Below, piece after piece: positions 28,201 through 42,299 of a stretch of DNA of 64,000 nt (position 1 is its first letter; the number at the start of each line of letters is the position of its first letter). This stretch comes from Eledone cirrhosa (Eukaryota): assembly GCA_964016885.1 (NCBI GenBank), contig OZ024751.1:49538001-49602000 (forward strand). Direction: 5' to 3'. Position numbers and translations under genes: made by a program. The notes below the pieces were generated by a model. The model made no database searches. It worked only from the letters and a program-made list of their open reading frames with translations, and was not told the DNA's origin.

Positions 28201-30230
28201 CATCACCCCACATCACGCCACACCACACTACACTACACCACTCTAAACAGTGCCTCACCACACCACACTACACTCCACTCCACTACACCATCTCACGCTA
28301 AGCCACATCACCCCATATCACGCCACACCACACTACACTACACCACACTAAACAGTGCCGCACCACACCACACTACACTCCACTCCACTACACCATCTCA
28401 CGCTAAGCCACATCACCCCATATCACGCCACACCACACTACACTACACCACACTAAACAGTGCCGCACCACACCACACTACACTCCACTCCACTACACCA
28501 TCTCACGCTAAGCCACATCACCCCATATCACGCCACACCACACTACACTACACCACACTAAACAGTGCCTCACCACACCACACTACACTCCACTCCACTA
28601 CACCATGTCACGCTAAGCCACATCACCCCACATCACGCCACACCACACTACACTACACCACACCACACCACACTACACTACACTATACTACACTATACTA
28701 CATATGACACGGCAAACCACGTTGCACCACACTACACCACACTAGACAGTACCACTCCACACCACAACAAACCTCACCACACCACCCAACACTACACCAC
28801 ACTACACAGCACCATACCACACCACACTTCACTACACTACACTACACTGCACCACACTACACAGTACCACACCACACCACACTATACCACACTAAACAGT
28901 ACCACACCACACTACACCACACTAAACAGTGCGACACCACACTACACCATACTACACCACACCACTCTATACTACACTATATTCACACATGACACGGCAA
29001 GCTGCATTGCAGCACACTACACCACACTACACCACACCACTCTACACAGTACCACACCACACTACACCACACTACACCAAACTACACCACACCACACTAC
29101 ACCACACCACACTAGACCACACCACATTACACCACACCCTACCTCACTACAGCACACTAAACAGTACCACACCACACCACACCACACCACACCGCACCAC
29201 TCTACACAATACTACACCATACTACACAAAACAGCAAGCCACATTGCAGCACAATACACCCCACTAAACATTACCACGCAACACCACACCACACCACACC
29301 ACACTACAACATACTACACCACACCACTCTACACTACACTATACTACACTATACTACATATGACACGGCAAACCACGTTGCAGCACACTACACCATACTA
29401 GACAGTACCACGCCACACCACACTACACCACACTACACCACACTACACCACACCGCACTACACCACACTACACCACACCGAACCACACCACACTACACCA
29501 CACCACACTACACCACACTACACTACACCACACTACACCACACTAAACAATACCATACCACACTACACCACACTACACTACACCACACTACACCACACTA
29601 AACAATACCACACCACACTACACCACACTACACTACACCACACTACACCACACTAAACAATACCATACCACACTACACCACACTACACCACACCACACTA
29701 CACCACACTAAACAATACCACACCACACTACACCACACTACACTACACCACACTACACCACACTAAACAATACCATACCACACTACACCACACTACACTA
29801 CACCACACTACACCACACTAAACAATACTATACCACACTACACCACACTACACTACACCACACTACACCACACTAAACAATACCACACCACACTACACCA
29901 CACTACACTACACCACACTACACCACACTAAACAATACCATACCACACTACACCACACTACACCACACCACACTACACCACACTAAACAATACCACACCA
30001 CACTACACCACACTACACTACACCACACTACACCACACTAAACAATACCATACCACACTACACCACACTACACTACACCACAGTACACCACACTAAACAA
30101 TACCATACCACACTACACCACACTACACCACACCACACTACACCACACTAAACAATACCACACCACACTACACCACACTACACCACACCACACTACAACA
30201 TACTACACTATACTACACTATACTACATAT
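22290..30230. repeat. ~8-kb satellite built from CACCA/CACTA pentamers: 105-bp unit, ~800-bp interspersed block (3 copies), terminal 55-bp unit
   Basis: The line at 22321 recurs at 22741 (4 x 105 bp). The block with GACACGGCAAACCACGTTGC recurs at offsets of 2015 and 2465 bp. CACTAAACAA recurs every 55 bp from 29541. Confidence 0.95.
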
Positions 30231-30598
30231 GACCCGGCAGACCACATTGCAGTATAATAGACAATACCACATGACAATTCTCCTTATATCTCACCTTACT
30301 TCCACAGAAACATCTGATACCAAACAAAGAATGTTAACAGAGATACCAAACACGTTCAGAAGATACATTAATGCCATAACAAACGGCTTTTACAAGATTA
30401 CCTCTACTTTTATTTCGATTTTATTCTATATTATTCTATATGCACTTTACTTATTCACTTATTTAGTATTATTATTTTTATTATTATTATTGTTATTATT
30501 TATATGATTTCGTTTAAACGAATATTGCGAGTTTTTGCACTGTGCAGATTTATATAATGAAGGAGAGTGTGAGAGAGATAACGAGAATGAGAGGGAGG

Positions 30599-30686
<88 letters not shown>

Positions 30687-30770
30687 GAGAAACAGATGTG
30701 GTTATACGTGTCTATGTAGTGAATATGTACTTATGTATATATATATGTATATATATATATATATATATAT

Positions 30771-31231
30771 ACGATATTAAGAAATGGAAACTATATTTAT
30801 AAAACCATATTTATTTCATTATACATATTTCAAGGACACCAAGTTAAATTATGGTGTGCTTTCATCAGATAAAATATAATATAGAGCAGTTTTATGAATA
30901 AATATTGACATACCCTTAAAGAATGCAACCATTACTGTTGGAAGCTCCAGCATAGTGGGGTTATAACTTTAGTTATACTATTATGTAAATTAGTATTGGA
31001 TATTTTTAAATAAGCCGTTGGGTTACGGAGAAAGAGAATGAGAGAGAGAGAGAGAAGAACAAGAGAGAGAGAAAAATAGAGATTGAAATATGTATAATGA
31101 AATAAATATGGTTTTATAAATATAGTTTCCATTTGTTAATATCGTATTTTTACTCCAATTATTTGTTGAGTGCTTTATATCAGTTATAAAAATATTTGCT
31201 TGTTGTATCCCAACAATTTAAATAGAACTTT

Positions 31232-31234
<3 letters not shown>
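30771..31234. mobile_element. Palindromic PLE-end insertion (family C) with right-arm tail
   Basis: 30771-30833 mirrors 31082-31146; tail TACTCC..GAGTGC to 31234; (TA)n flanks. Confidence 0.8.
30812..30876 (-). ncRNA. Type I hammerhead ribozyme (AUA triplet, palindromic stem III)
   Basis: Minus strand: TATTTTAT CTGATGA AAG c ACACCA..TGGTGT c CTT GAAA TATGTA TA ATGAAATA. Confidence 0.8.
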
Positions 31235-31277
<43 letters not shown>

Positions 31278-31278
<1 letters not shown>

Positions 31279-31473
31279 TTATTAAAATAACAGATTAAAG
31301 TGTAAGCAAAGAATCGCTGCTTTCACCCCTAACGGTGAAAGCAGCGATTCTATGTTTAAACTTTAATCTGTTATTTTAATAAATATTTGCTCTACGATTC
31401 TTATATATTTGATATATATTTATCCTTATCGAGCCCTCTTTGGATTTTAGTCTTCAAATATATTATTAATACT
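31278..31473. mobile_element. Palindromic PLE-end insertion (family D) with right-arm tail
   Basis: Arms mirror around TTTCACCCCTAACGGTGAAA; tail is homologous to 7991-8082. Confidence 0.8.
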
Positions 31474-31477
31474 ATAT

Positions 31478-31570
<93 letters not shown>

Positions 31571-31589
31571 GAGAGAGAGAGAGAGATAG

Positions 31590-31632
<43 letters not shown>

Positions 31633-32033
31633 GATAGATATATTTCTTTATTATCCACAAAATATAATGTAAACAATTATAACAATCAAAATCTCCAATA
31701 GGGGGAGACGCCATAAATGGCTTCTTTAATACCCCGTCGATAGAACAACCCTCAACTTCAGGAGCGTGTTGTGCAAGTGCTCCTTTCTTCCTTTTGCTCT
31801 CTTCTTCAACCTACAGGTTTATATTCAGAGAAGGCCCAATCACTCGGACCATTTTTGCCACATTCACTCACCTTTCACTAAATTTACTGGGATGCAGTAC
31901 CTCTCTCTCCATTCTGATTCTCCTTCTAAATTGGTATCTAAAGAAGGGAATGAGTTGTTGTTCGGAGAGAAAGGTATCTGTCCTCAGTCCTCTCAATCTC
32001 GTCCACCATAGCTACTATACAGAGGAAAACCGC

Positions 32034-32086
<53 letters not shown>

Positions 32087-32484
32087 CAGAGAGAGAGAGA
32101 GAAAGAGGGAGAGAGAGAGAGAGGTAAACGTAAACATGTGCAAACACACTTCTTTGAATGTACGTACAATGGAAGGAAGAATGTCTGTGTTTATGTTTCT
32201 GGTTATGTTTGTTGTGTGTATGTATCAGTGTCTCTTGTGACATATGGGCATCTGTCTGTGTGTGATAGTGTACAGGACAAGATCCCTCGTTTTTAAAACA
32301 CCAGGAACACGACTGGATTTCCTTTATTAACTGGGAATAATAAATACTACACATACGCACATACATACAATTAGTTATGTATATACGTATATACATATAT
32401 ATGTATATATATATATTTATATATATGTGTGTGTCTGTGTGTGTGTGTGCGTGTGTGTGCGTGTGTGTGCGTGTATGCATGTGT

Positions 32485-32563
<79 letters not shown>

Positions 32564-32566
32564 TAT

Positions 32567-32742
32567 AGGAGAATGTATGACCCCAACGGCAGAGCTCAAG
32601 GCGTTTCGACGGTTATTTCAGAAATATCTTGCTCTCTGACGTCGGGGTCATACTTTTTCCTATTACCCACTCTACTATCCTAAGTATTGAGTACTCTGGT
32701 GCGTTATGGTCCATCTAGTACCTTACCACAACTCCTCCGTTA
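32567..32742. mobile_element. Palindromic PLE-end insertion related to the PLE copy 1 3' end (family A), with right-arm tail
   Basis: TAGGAGAATGTATGACCCC..GGGGTCATACTTTTTCCTA, then tail TTACCCACTC..GAGTACTCTGGTGCGTTATGGTCC..CGTT; (TA)n flanks. Confidence 0.8.
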
Positions 32743-33334
32743 TATATATATATATATATATATATAAAGTAAGTCAATAGAATCATTAGATAAAATATAT
32801 ACAGTATTTCTTCTCCCAATCAGCATAAATCAACCACAAAAAAAACATTTAAACGAGTCTATAAGTTTAAAATATACTTATGAAGAATAAATAGATAAAT
32901 GATATAGCCTTTTATCCGCGACACACAGCTACAGAAAATTTACCTAGTAATTCTGATAGCCTGTAGAAATTGACTAGACATACAGTTAACCATACATAAT
33001 TAGGTACACAATCAAAGTTAGAAGGAAAAATGTACATAAACATACCAAAATCATCAGAATATCTCTACCCTCAGGGGTTTCATTCACTTTTTGGATATAT
33101 CCAGGAGATAAACTCAATTGGTCAAAGATTTTTCTTACATGATCCCCGCCAGAAACGAATTCAAAATGGCTAAGAATCGTCACGTGGCTGGTGGTCAAGG
33201 CTGAAATCTTGTGATTGGTGCCTGTCGGCGAGTAGGCTAGTTACTAGAAAGTGTAGCCCAATACTGCCTAAAGTTTTACTCAACCTTACGGGAGCATATA
33301 AAATTTAAATATATATATATACGTATATATATAC

Positions 33335-33374
<40 letters not shown>

Positions 33375-33386
33375 GTATATATATAC

Positions 33387-33454
<68 letters not shown>

Positions 33455-33467
33455 GTATATATATATA

Positions 33468-33670
33468 GTAATAATAATAAATTTGAAGACTAAAAACCAA
33501 AGAGGGCTCGATAAGGATATCGTCTTCTTGTCTTCCTCCGGTTGCAACGTTTTTTGAAATATTTACTTCTGTGTTAACAGATAACAGATTGACTTTCTTA
33601 GTTTCAGAAGATCCCGTTAAGGGTGAAAGCAGCGATTCTTTGCTTAAACTTTAATCTGTTATTTTAATAA
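33468..33670. mobile_element. PLE-end insertion (family D): inverted distal tail joined to a tail-less hammerhead arm
   Basis: 33468-33520 is the reverse complement of the distal tail seen at 8035-8082; the + arm ends at TTAATA (33670). Confidence 0.75.
33600..33650 (+). ncRNA. Type I hammerhead fold with CAGAAGA (U4A) core
   Basis: AGTTT CAGAAGA T CCC gttaa GGG T GAAA GCA..TGC TT AAACT. Stem I extends distally (ATAACAGATTGA / TTAATCTGTTAT). Confidence 0.65.
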
Positions 33671-33681
33671 ATATATATATA

Positions 33682-33777
<96 letters not shown>

Positions 33778-33849
33778 GTTGAGAAGGTAACACACCAGAG
33801 AGAGATATATAGTGCATTATCAATAATACAGGGAAAAATTATATTATAT

Positions 33850-33896
<47 letters not shown>

Positions 33897-34500
33897 TATA
33901 TATATGTATATATAAGTATTTATCTATGTATGTAATGCAGGTATGTGCATATGAATGTGTATATGTATGTACGTATGTATGTGTGTATGTATATGTGTGT
34001 GTGTGTGTGAATGAATATGTGTGTATGTATGTAGACAGAAAGAAAGCAATACAAAGGGGAAGAATCACAACAATTGAAAAGTTTGAAAAGAAAAATCAAA
34101 ATAGAAATACAAAAAATAAAAATAAATAACAAAAATAACAATAGCAAGAATGACAAGATAAAAGAAAAAAGAATGGTGGAATTTTTGAAAGGCATTTAGA
34201 TTGCGGAAGGAGAGCATTCAAAGTCAGAAAGACATGCTTAGTGAATTAGTTTAAGATGAAAGCTCTTTAAAACATAACAGAATTGGCTGCTCATTCTTCT
34301 GTTTAAGACAACTTTCAATAAGGCTAATAATAATAATCAGATCGTATTTTCTTGAATTTGCTAGAATAATCGGATAGAGCCAGCGTGCGATGTTGTATTG
34401 GAATGTTTTTCTAAAGATATTTTAGAAAAGTGTTTAAAAGTGAATGCTATGAATTCTATACGTATGTGCATATGTATAAATTTATACATTTTCTATATAA

Positions 34501-34589
<89 letters not shown>

Positions 34590-34610
34590 GGTGAGTGTGT
34601 GTGTATGTTA

Positions 34611-34660
<50 letters not shown>

Positions 34661-34910
34661 GTATATACGTATAGAATACATACCATTTCCTTTTAAATAC
34701 GTTATATATATATATATATATAAATATATATATATATAGAGAGAGAGAGAGGGAGATGGATAGATATATAGATATATATGTGTGTATATATATATATTTA
34801 TTTATGTTTATATGTATAAGTGTATGTGTGTGTATGTTAGTATATATATATATATATATATATATAAATGCAAATACGTATAGAATACATACCATTTACT
34901 TTTAAATACG

Positions 34911-34978
<68 letters not shown>

Positions 34979-34981
34979 TAT

Positions 34982-35222
<241 letters not shown>

Positions 35223-35247
35223 TAGATAGATAGATATATGTGTGTAT

Positions 35248-35570
<323 letters not shown>

Positions 35571-35900
35571 GTGTGTATTCTCACATAGATACGTAGATAT
35601 AGACAAGCAATCAATATTATATCTGAATATATGTGTGTATGTGTGTATGCATGTTATTTTAAATGTGTATCTGTTGTGACTGCTGTGTGTGTGTTGTGAT
35701 GTATCTATATTAAACAATCATATTATTATGGTTTTCATAATATATTTTGTTTATTCTTCTAATACACGGTTTAGTTTCCTTCTTTTTCTCCTTCTTTGTT
35801 TATGTTTCCTTTATTTCGGGTGAGGATAATGAAGGCAAATTCTTCATCGCCAAAAACATTCATTCAGGCACGTGTGTGTATATATATATTACATATATTC

Positions 35901-35964
<64 letters not shown>

Positions 35965-36001
35965 ATATATAAATATATATATATATACATATGTATGTAT
36001 G

Positions 36002-36062
<61 letters not shown>

Positions 36063-36111
36063 ATATATACATTTGTTTATGTGTGTGTATATGTATGTAT
36101 ATATGTATATA

Positions 36112-36201
<90 letters not shown>

Positions 36202-36293
36202 CATATATTTATATATTTATGTGTGTGTATGTGTATGTAGATATATACATATATATTCATAAGTGTGTATGTATATATACAATATATATATAA

Positions 36294-36378
<85 letters not shown>

Positions 36379-36625
36379 TATATGTCTTTTGTATATAATC
36401 AGACACACACATACACATATATATATAGAGAGACATACATATTATTTATTTATGTATATATATATATATATATTATTTACTTAAACATATACACATTAAA
36501 CACACATACACATACATATACATAGACTTACAGATAAACAATAATGGAAAAACAGATATGAGAATGTGTTCATAATGTTGAAAAAGCAACTTACGCAGAG
36601 ACACGTAGAGAGTAGGCACAATATC

Positions 36626-36661
<36 letters not shown>

Positions 36662-36728
36662 CACGTATCTATATATCTATCTACCTGTCTAACTATCTAT
36701 CTAATATATATATATATATTTGTATGTA

Positions 36729-36770
<42 letters not shown>

Positions 36771-36858
36771 GGAAACATTTGAACAGGGACAAAACAGAGA
36801 GGCAGTACAATAAATGTTTATTAATTTCACGCTCAGGAGAGTGGGGGGTAGGTGGGGG

Positions 36859-36890
36859 ACGACGTTTCGGGCATAAGCCCTTCCTCAGGT
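36859..36890 (-). ncRNA. Minimal PLE-type hammerhead in a PLE-end fragment (~36768-36990)
   Basis: Minus strand: AC CTGAGGA A GGGC ttat GCCC GAAA CG TC GT; stem I is only 2 bp. Confidence 0.65.
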
Positions 36891-36996
36891 GAGAAGTGTG
36901 TGGGAACAGAGTTCAAAAGGTGTGTAGGGGAGTGGTGGAGAGACATATAGCGAAAGGAAACGGTGCGAATGAAAAAAACAAGTAAAGATAAAAAAT

Positions 36997-37046
<50 letters not shown>

Positions 37047-37151
37047 TGTATATATTAGATAGATAGATAGACAGGACTAGAACTGTTTCATTCGTGTGAA
37101 ATCATCAGGAAGCTCTGATCAGCTTATATATATATGTGTGTATATATATAT

Positions 37152-37339
37152 ATTGTTTCTACTTTTGGCACAAGGCCAGCAATTACCCAGTACATTACTG
37201 GTACTTTATTTTTTCGACCCCGTAAGGCTGAAAAGCAAAGTTGACCTCGGTGGGATTTGAACACAGATCAAAAAGGGACATAACTATGCTGCAAAGCATG
37301 GCGTCCAACCCTCTACCGATACTGCCAATTCACCGCCCC
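37152..37339 (-). mobile_element. tRNA-derived SINE
   Basis: ATTGTTTCTACTTTTGGCACAAGG..CCGATACTGCCAATTCACCGCCCC, flanked by TGTGTATATATATATAT on both sides (possible TSD). Confidence 0.88.
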
Positions 37340-37367
37340 TGTGTATATATATATATATAAGCTGATC

Positions 37368-37422
37368 AGAGCTTCCTGATGATTTCTCACGAATGAAACA
37401 GTTCTAGTCCTGTAGAAGCTCT
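37368..37422 (+). ncRNA. Type I hammerhead ribozyme (GUA triplet)
   Basis: AGAGCTTC CTGATGA T TTC tcac GAA T GAAA CAG ttctagtc CTG TA GAAGCTCT: 8-bp stem I, U-U at 10.1/11.1. Confidence 0.82.
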
Positions 37423-37517
37423 TCTATGTTAAAACATTTATACTCTGCTATTTATTGAGTACCTTACTTACTGTGGTTATCTCCGATTCAACCCGGAATA
37501 ACTTTTATATATATATT

Positions 37518-37570
<53 letters not shown>

Positions 37571-37582
37571 TATATATATACG

Positions 37583-37648
<66 letters not shown>

Positions 37649-37662
37649 CATATGTGTGTATG

Positions 37663-37710
<48 letters not shown>

Positions 37711-38522
37711 CATGGACACCACAACTGTATGTCTTGTTGAAGATAATGCCTTTCTATCCGACGTATTCTTAACAACGCCTGTATGATTTATGCGTGGGTG
37801 TATATTCCTGTGTGTATGTTTATGTATGCATGTATGTATGTATCCATGTATGTATGTTTATATATATGCAAGCGTGTGTGCCTGTACGTACGTATATACG
37901 TATGTATGAATATAAAATGTATGTGCGTGTATGTATGTAAGCATATATGAAGGTACGTACTTATATATGTATACGTGTATATGTACGGAAATATGTGTGC
38001 AAGTGATTGACTTTCTGAGTATTTCGCAGTTTTATCGGTTTATACCACTTCACAATACACGGATTGGAAAATAGCAAGATGTGTCTGTCTGTATGTCTGT
38101 CAGTCTGTCACTCTATCTGACTGTTTGTGCATATGCGTTTATTATATTCTCTCGTTCCATTAGAAAGCAAATCTGCATATGCATACTCACCTCCACTCTC
38201 AGTGTTAAATCTTCATCTAAATATCTATTAAAGACGTTTTATCTGTAAGGTTCTCTCACAAATAACATAAGTACTTAATCTCTTCCGTGCAAATAAACTA
38301 ACATACGCTGCTCAGAATATAAGATTTATATCTTTACTGAATTTAGAAGCTTGTGCTCAATTAAACAAAGAAAACATAACACATTTATGACCCACTGCTG
38401 TATTGTATGTATTCTTTAAACTATATCCCCAAATAATAAACACCAGGAAGTCATGGACAGGAAGTAGCATTAATGGGCATAAAGACTTATAGATATATAT
38501 ATACATATATATATATATATAC

Positions 38523-38935
38523 ATGGTGGCTGCCAACTCGTTTTCGAGTACGGCCACTACTTTATATCCATGTAGGAGAACCTCTACCGATGCGCTGAAA
38601 GAGTGTGACTTTTTAGTCCAGCCTGCGACATGAAAACTCTGGTACAAACACTACACTTGTGACAATTATTGACACATAGTGCTGGGCCCATGGTACCATG
38701 TGACGACAAGTGTAGAGAGATCTCCAGATATAAAGCAATGCCTGTGCCGTGAAGCATTTATAGTGAGCAAAGGCACTGCACAAAGCCAGTCCCACTCTCT
38801 TAACCAAGATGATATTTACCAAAAAGAAGAACAAGTCAACATCATTGGATAAAATCAGGGTTGCAGGTGTTATATCAGAGTTTTCCTTCTCCTAGAATTC
38901 TGCCTTGACAAAGGCTAAGGGGTCATCTCTCCCGG
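38523..38935 (-). mobile_element. 5'-truncated copy of a short RTE-derived non-autonomous retroelement
   Basis: Reverse complement of ~48668-49078. Confidence 0.75.
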
Positions 38936-39081
38936 ATATATATATATACATACATACATACATACATACATACACACACATATATATATATATATATATA
39001 GTGTTTGGGAATATTTCTGGAAAACACAAAGGACACTCGTTTTTTAGTAACCACAGCGTACCTTGTCCTTTCTAAATGTAT

Positions 39082-39117
<36 letters not shown>

Positions 39118-39146
39118 ATTATGTAATAAACAACATAAGGCAATTA

Positions 39147-39206
39147 TTCCATTTACCAGTGGTTTCTTAAAAGCAAAAGGTTTTGCTTTCAATCCTCAGA
39201 ATGAAA
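39147..39206 (-). ncRNA. Type I hammerhead ribozyme (mirror of 46051-46110)
   Basis: Exact reverse complement of 46051-46110. Confidence 0.85.
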
Positions 39207-39419
39207 AATCCTGGTTTGTTTATTGAATATGGATTCTAAAAACGAAAATGCAATCTATATGAAAGTGAGGCTGGAAAAGGGAGAAGGAAAGGAAAAATAA
39301 AATAAAATAAAACTACACATGCAAACACACACAAAAAAACCCAAAAGTATACTTACACACACACACATATATACACATATAATTTGCACGCATACACATA
39401 TACACATACACATACATAT

Positions 39420-39466
<47 letters not shown>

Positions 39467-39635
39467 TATACACACACATACATACACATATATATATATA
39501 AAGAGCGTACACCTACACACACATACACATATATATACACACATATACACATACATATATTCATACATACACACGCACACACACACACACACATATATAC
39601 ACACACACACTCATATATATACACATGTACATATC

Positions 39636-39671
<36 letters not shown>

Positions 39672-39700
39672 CACATACATATACACACATATACACATAT

Positions 39701-39736
<36 letters not shown>

Positions 39737-40126
39737 GTGTGTACAAGCCTACACATACACACACACATATATATACACACACATATACATACATTCACAC
39801 AAACATACAACGTACATACATACACATACATGAATGCACTCCACTACATATTAACACACGCAAATAAATATAAGAAAAAAATATATAAATAATATTAACA
39901 AATATTTGACAGCGATACATGCCCCAGCTAACAGGACAGACACGCGTGGTAAGTAATACAAGCGCATATACATACGTTCGAAATAGTAAACACATACACA
40001 CACTCTCACACATAAATATACATATACAAATACATAAACACGTACATACACATACATACGCAAACACGTACACGTATACAATATAAACACACACATGTAT
40101 ATGTAATTATATACACACACACACAC

Positions 40127-40167
<41 letters not shown>

Positions 40168-40450
40168 CAAAAATATAAAAATATAAACGCACACACACAT
40201 ATAAATACGTAAACACACATATACATACATAGCTAAACAATTATACACATGCAAATACGTATATATCAAAAGAACGCACAACCAAATACAAACACACACA
40301 CATATATACACACACACACACACCCACACACAAACCCACACATACATAAAAATAAATAAAAACACACGCAACATATACATACATACACGTACATATACAT
40401 ATATACATATATACATATACATATATATATATACACATATATATACACAA

Positions 40451-40482
<32 letters not shown>

Positions 40483-40624
40483 ACGTACACATACACACAT
40501 GCATACACATACACACACACATATACATGTGTGTATGTGTAAAGCTCAGTATTAGATAAGACAAATGAACCTTACATAAACGTATATATAGTAGTAAAGT
40601 AATAAAGCCATACAAGGCAATTAA

Positions 40625-40682
40625 TCCATTCACCAGAGGTTTCTTAAAAGCAAAAAAAGTTTCCTTCAATCTTCAGAATGAA
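40625..40682 (-). ncRNA. Hammerhead, GUG-triplet copy (mirror of 44569-44626)
   Basis: Exact reverse complement of 44569-44626. Confidence 0.7.
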
Positions 40683-41073
40683 ATATACAAATATATACAC
40701 ACATACAGACACGCACACACACATATATATATATACATATATATATACATGTACATATATATATATATATATATATACAAACATATATACATACACACAT
40801 ATACACACACATACATATACATACATACATACACATATATATACATACACAAACATATACGTACACATATACATATATACACACAAAAATACATACACAT
40901 ACACATAGGTATGTGAAGGGCAAAACAAAAAGAATATATGGGGTGGGGGGCCTAGAGGAGGTAAAAATATAAAGGGAGGTAAGGGAGAAAAAAATATTTT
41001 TTAAATACAAGAGTACAGAAGGTAGAAGCAGCAAAATAAAAGCCGTAGCAAAAGTAAAGAGCAGAGAAGGAGT

Positions 41074-42297
41074 TCAAGGCGGTTGATTTATCGTAGGAGT
41101 GTCAATCCAGTTACAGATCAGATGCGATTTCAGATGAGGACAGCATCTGAAGATCTCAGTCTTAGAGTTAAGGCAAGCGGAAGTGTCTCTCAAGTTTAGC
41201 AAAATCCTATACTTTTCTGTGGTACACAAAGAACAATTCTTTGTGCCCCTTTGGTACTCCCTCGAATGGTCTAATATAGACCAATCAATAGAGTACGGGA
41301 TATTACTATCCTTGAGATCCCATACCTTACTTGCGAGGGCCGTTGATGTTCGTTTATCTGAGTGTTTAAAAGAAGCGACATGTGAGTAAAATCTGGTTTT
41401 AAACCTGTCCTGGGTCATACCGACATATCGCTCGCTTCTGGCTGGCTGGTTGTTGATAACTGGCGTTATTTTAGCCTCATAAACGACAGATTTTGTTTTA
41501 CATTTACCCTGCAATGGGCATTCATCCGGCTTCCTGCAACTGCATCCTGGATTTATCCTCGTACGGTTTGAACTGGTGATTTTGGATTTCATGGATGGAC
41601 AACAAGAGTAGCTAATCTTAACTACATTCCTATTAAAAATCTTATAATATCTATGAATAGGAGGAAAATGTTTGTCTAATAGTTCAAGGAATTTCCTTCC
41701 TACATTAGTTTTGACATTTAGAGAGAAGGGGGGTGTGAACCAAATAATCTTCCTTTTCCTGTTATTATGGTTAGTTTTAGGGGGGGGAATAGGTAAATAA
41801 GAAATATTTTCTGTAAAACCGCTGTTCTTAAGGGCTTTATTATAATAAGGGGCGGCTTTATTAAAAATGTCTATAGACGAAGATAAAGTAGAAATCCTAC
41901 GGCTAATGTTAGGAATAAGATTATTAAAAACTATAGGGGGATGGCAAGACTCTTTGTGTATATACCTAAGATTTTCATTAGGTTTATGATAGGGTTTAAA
42001 AGAGGCAGTAAGTAGATCAAGATTAATATCAAGAAAGTTAGCATTAGTAAGGTTCGTATCTATAGTAATTTTAAGGTTAAGATTAGCAAAAGTACTAATT
42101 AAATCTTTACGGAATTTATCAAGATTATGGCCATTGGTGGTATGAGAAACTGCTAATCCGTCATCACGGTATAAACCGATATTATGGGACGGAAATTTCT
42201 CTTTGAGTGTGTGGAGAAGGAATAATCCTACTAAGTCGCACACATCCGCACTGTCATAAGAACCCATTGCAACATCGAAAGAGTTTTCAGGGTTTGA
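41074..42297 (-). CDS. Inverted, more heavily 5'-truncated copy of the PLE copy 2 ORF
   Basis: Translation is identical to the C-terminal ~407 aa of 42300-44177. Confidence 0.85.
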   Translation of the reverse strand, partial: SNPENSFDVAMGSYDSADVCDLVGLFLLHTLKEKFPSHNIGLYRDDGLAVSHTTNGHNLDKFRKDLISTFANLNLKITIDTNLTNANFLDINLDLLTASFKPYHKPNENLRYIHKESCHPPIVFNNLIPNISRRISTLSSSIDIFNKAAPYYNKALKNSGFTENISYLPIPPPKTNHNNRKRKIIWFTPPFSLNVKTNVGRKFLELLDKHFPPIHRYYKIFNRNVVKISYSCCPSMKSKITSSNRTRINPGCSCRKPDECPLQGKCKTKSVVYEAKITPVINNQPARSERYVGMTQDRFKTRFYSHVASFKHSDKRTSTALASKVWDLKDSNIPYSIDWSILDHSREYQRGTKNCSLCTTEKYRILLNLRDTSACLNSKTEIFRCCPHLKSHLICNWIDTPTINQPP

Positions 42298-42299
42298 CT

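Larger units (their letters stand above)
37071..37506. mobile_element. Palindromic PLE-end insertion (family B) interrupted centrally by a SINE
   Basis: 37071-37124 mirrors 37360-37413; tail to ~37506. Same family at 51140-51325. Confidence 0.8.

Noticed and set aside
22285-29401. His/Thr/Pro-rich ORFs up to 500 aa
   Set aside because: Open frames of a C/A-rich pentamer satellite. They shift frame at 5-bp indels and show no splice or start context.
22290-30230. CRISPR-like regular array
   Set aside because: The units are wholly repeated with no unique spacers, there are no cas genes, and the context is eukaryotic. The same applies to the 57515-57915 minisatellite.
42207-42299. N-terminus of the listed 656-aa ORF
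   Set aside because: This is antisense sequence from the inverted arm; the true PLE frame starts at the junction (42300).
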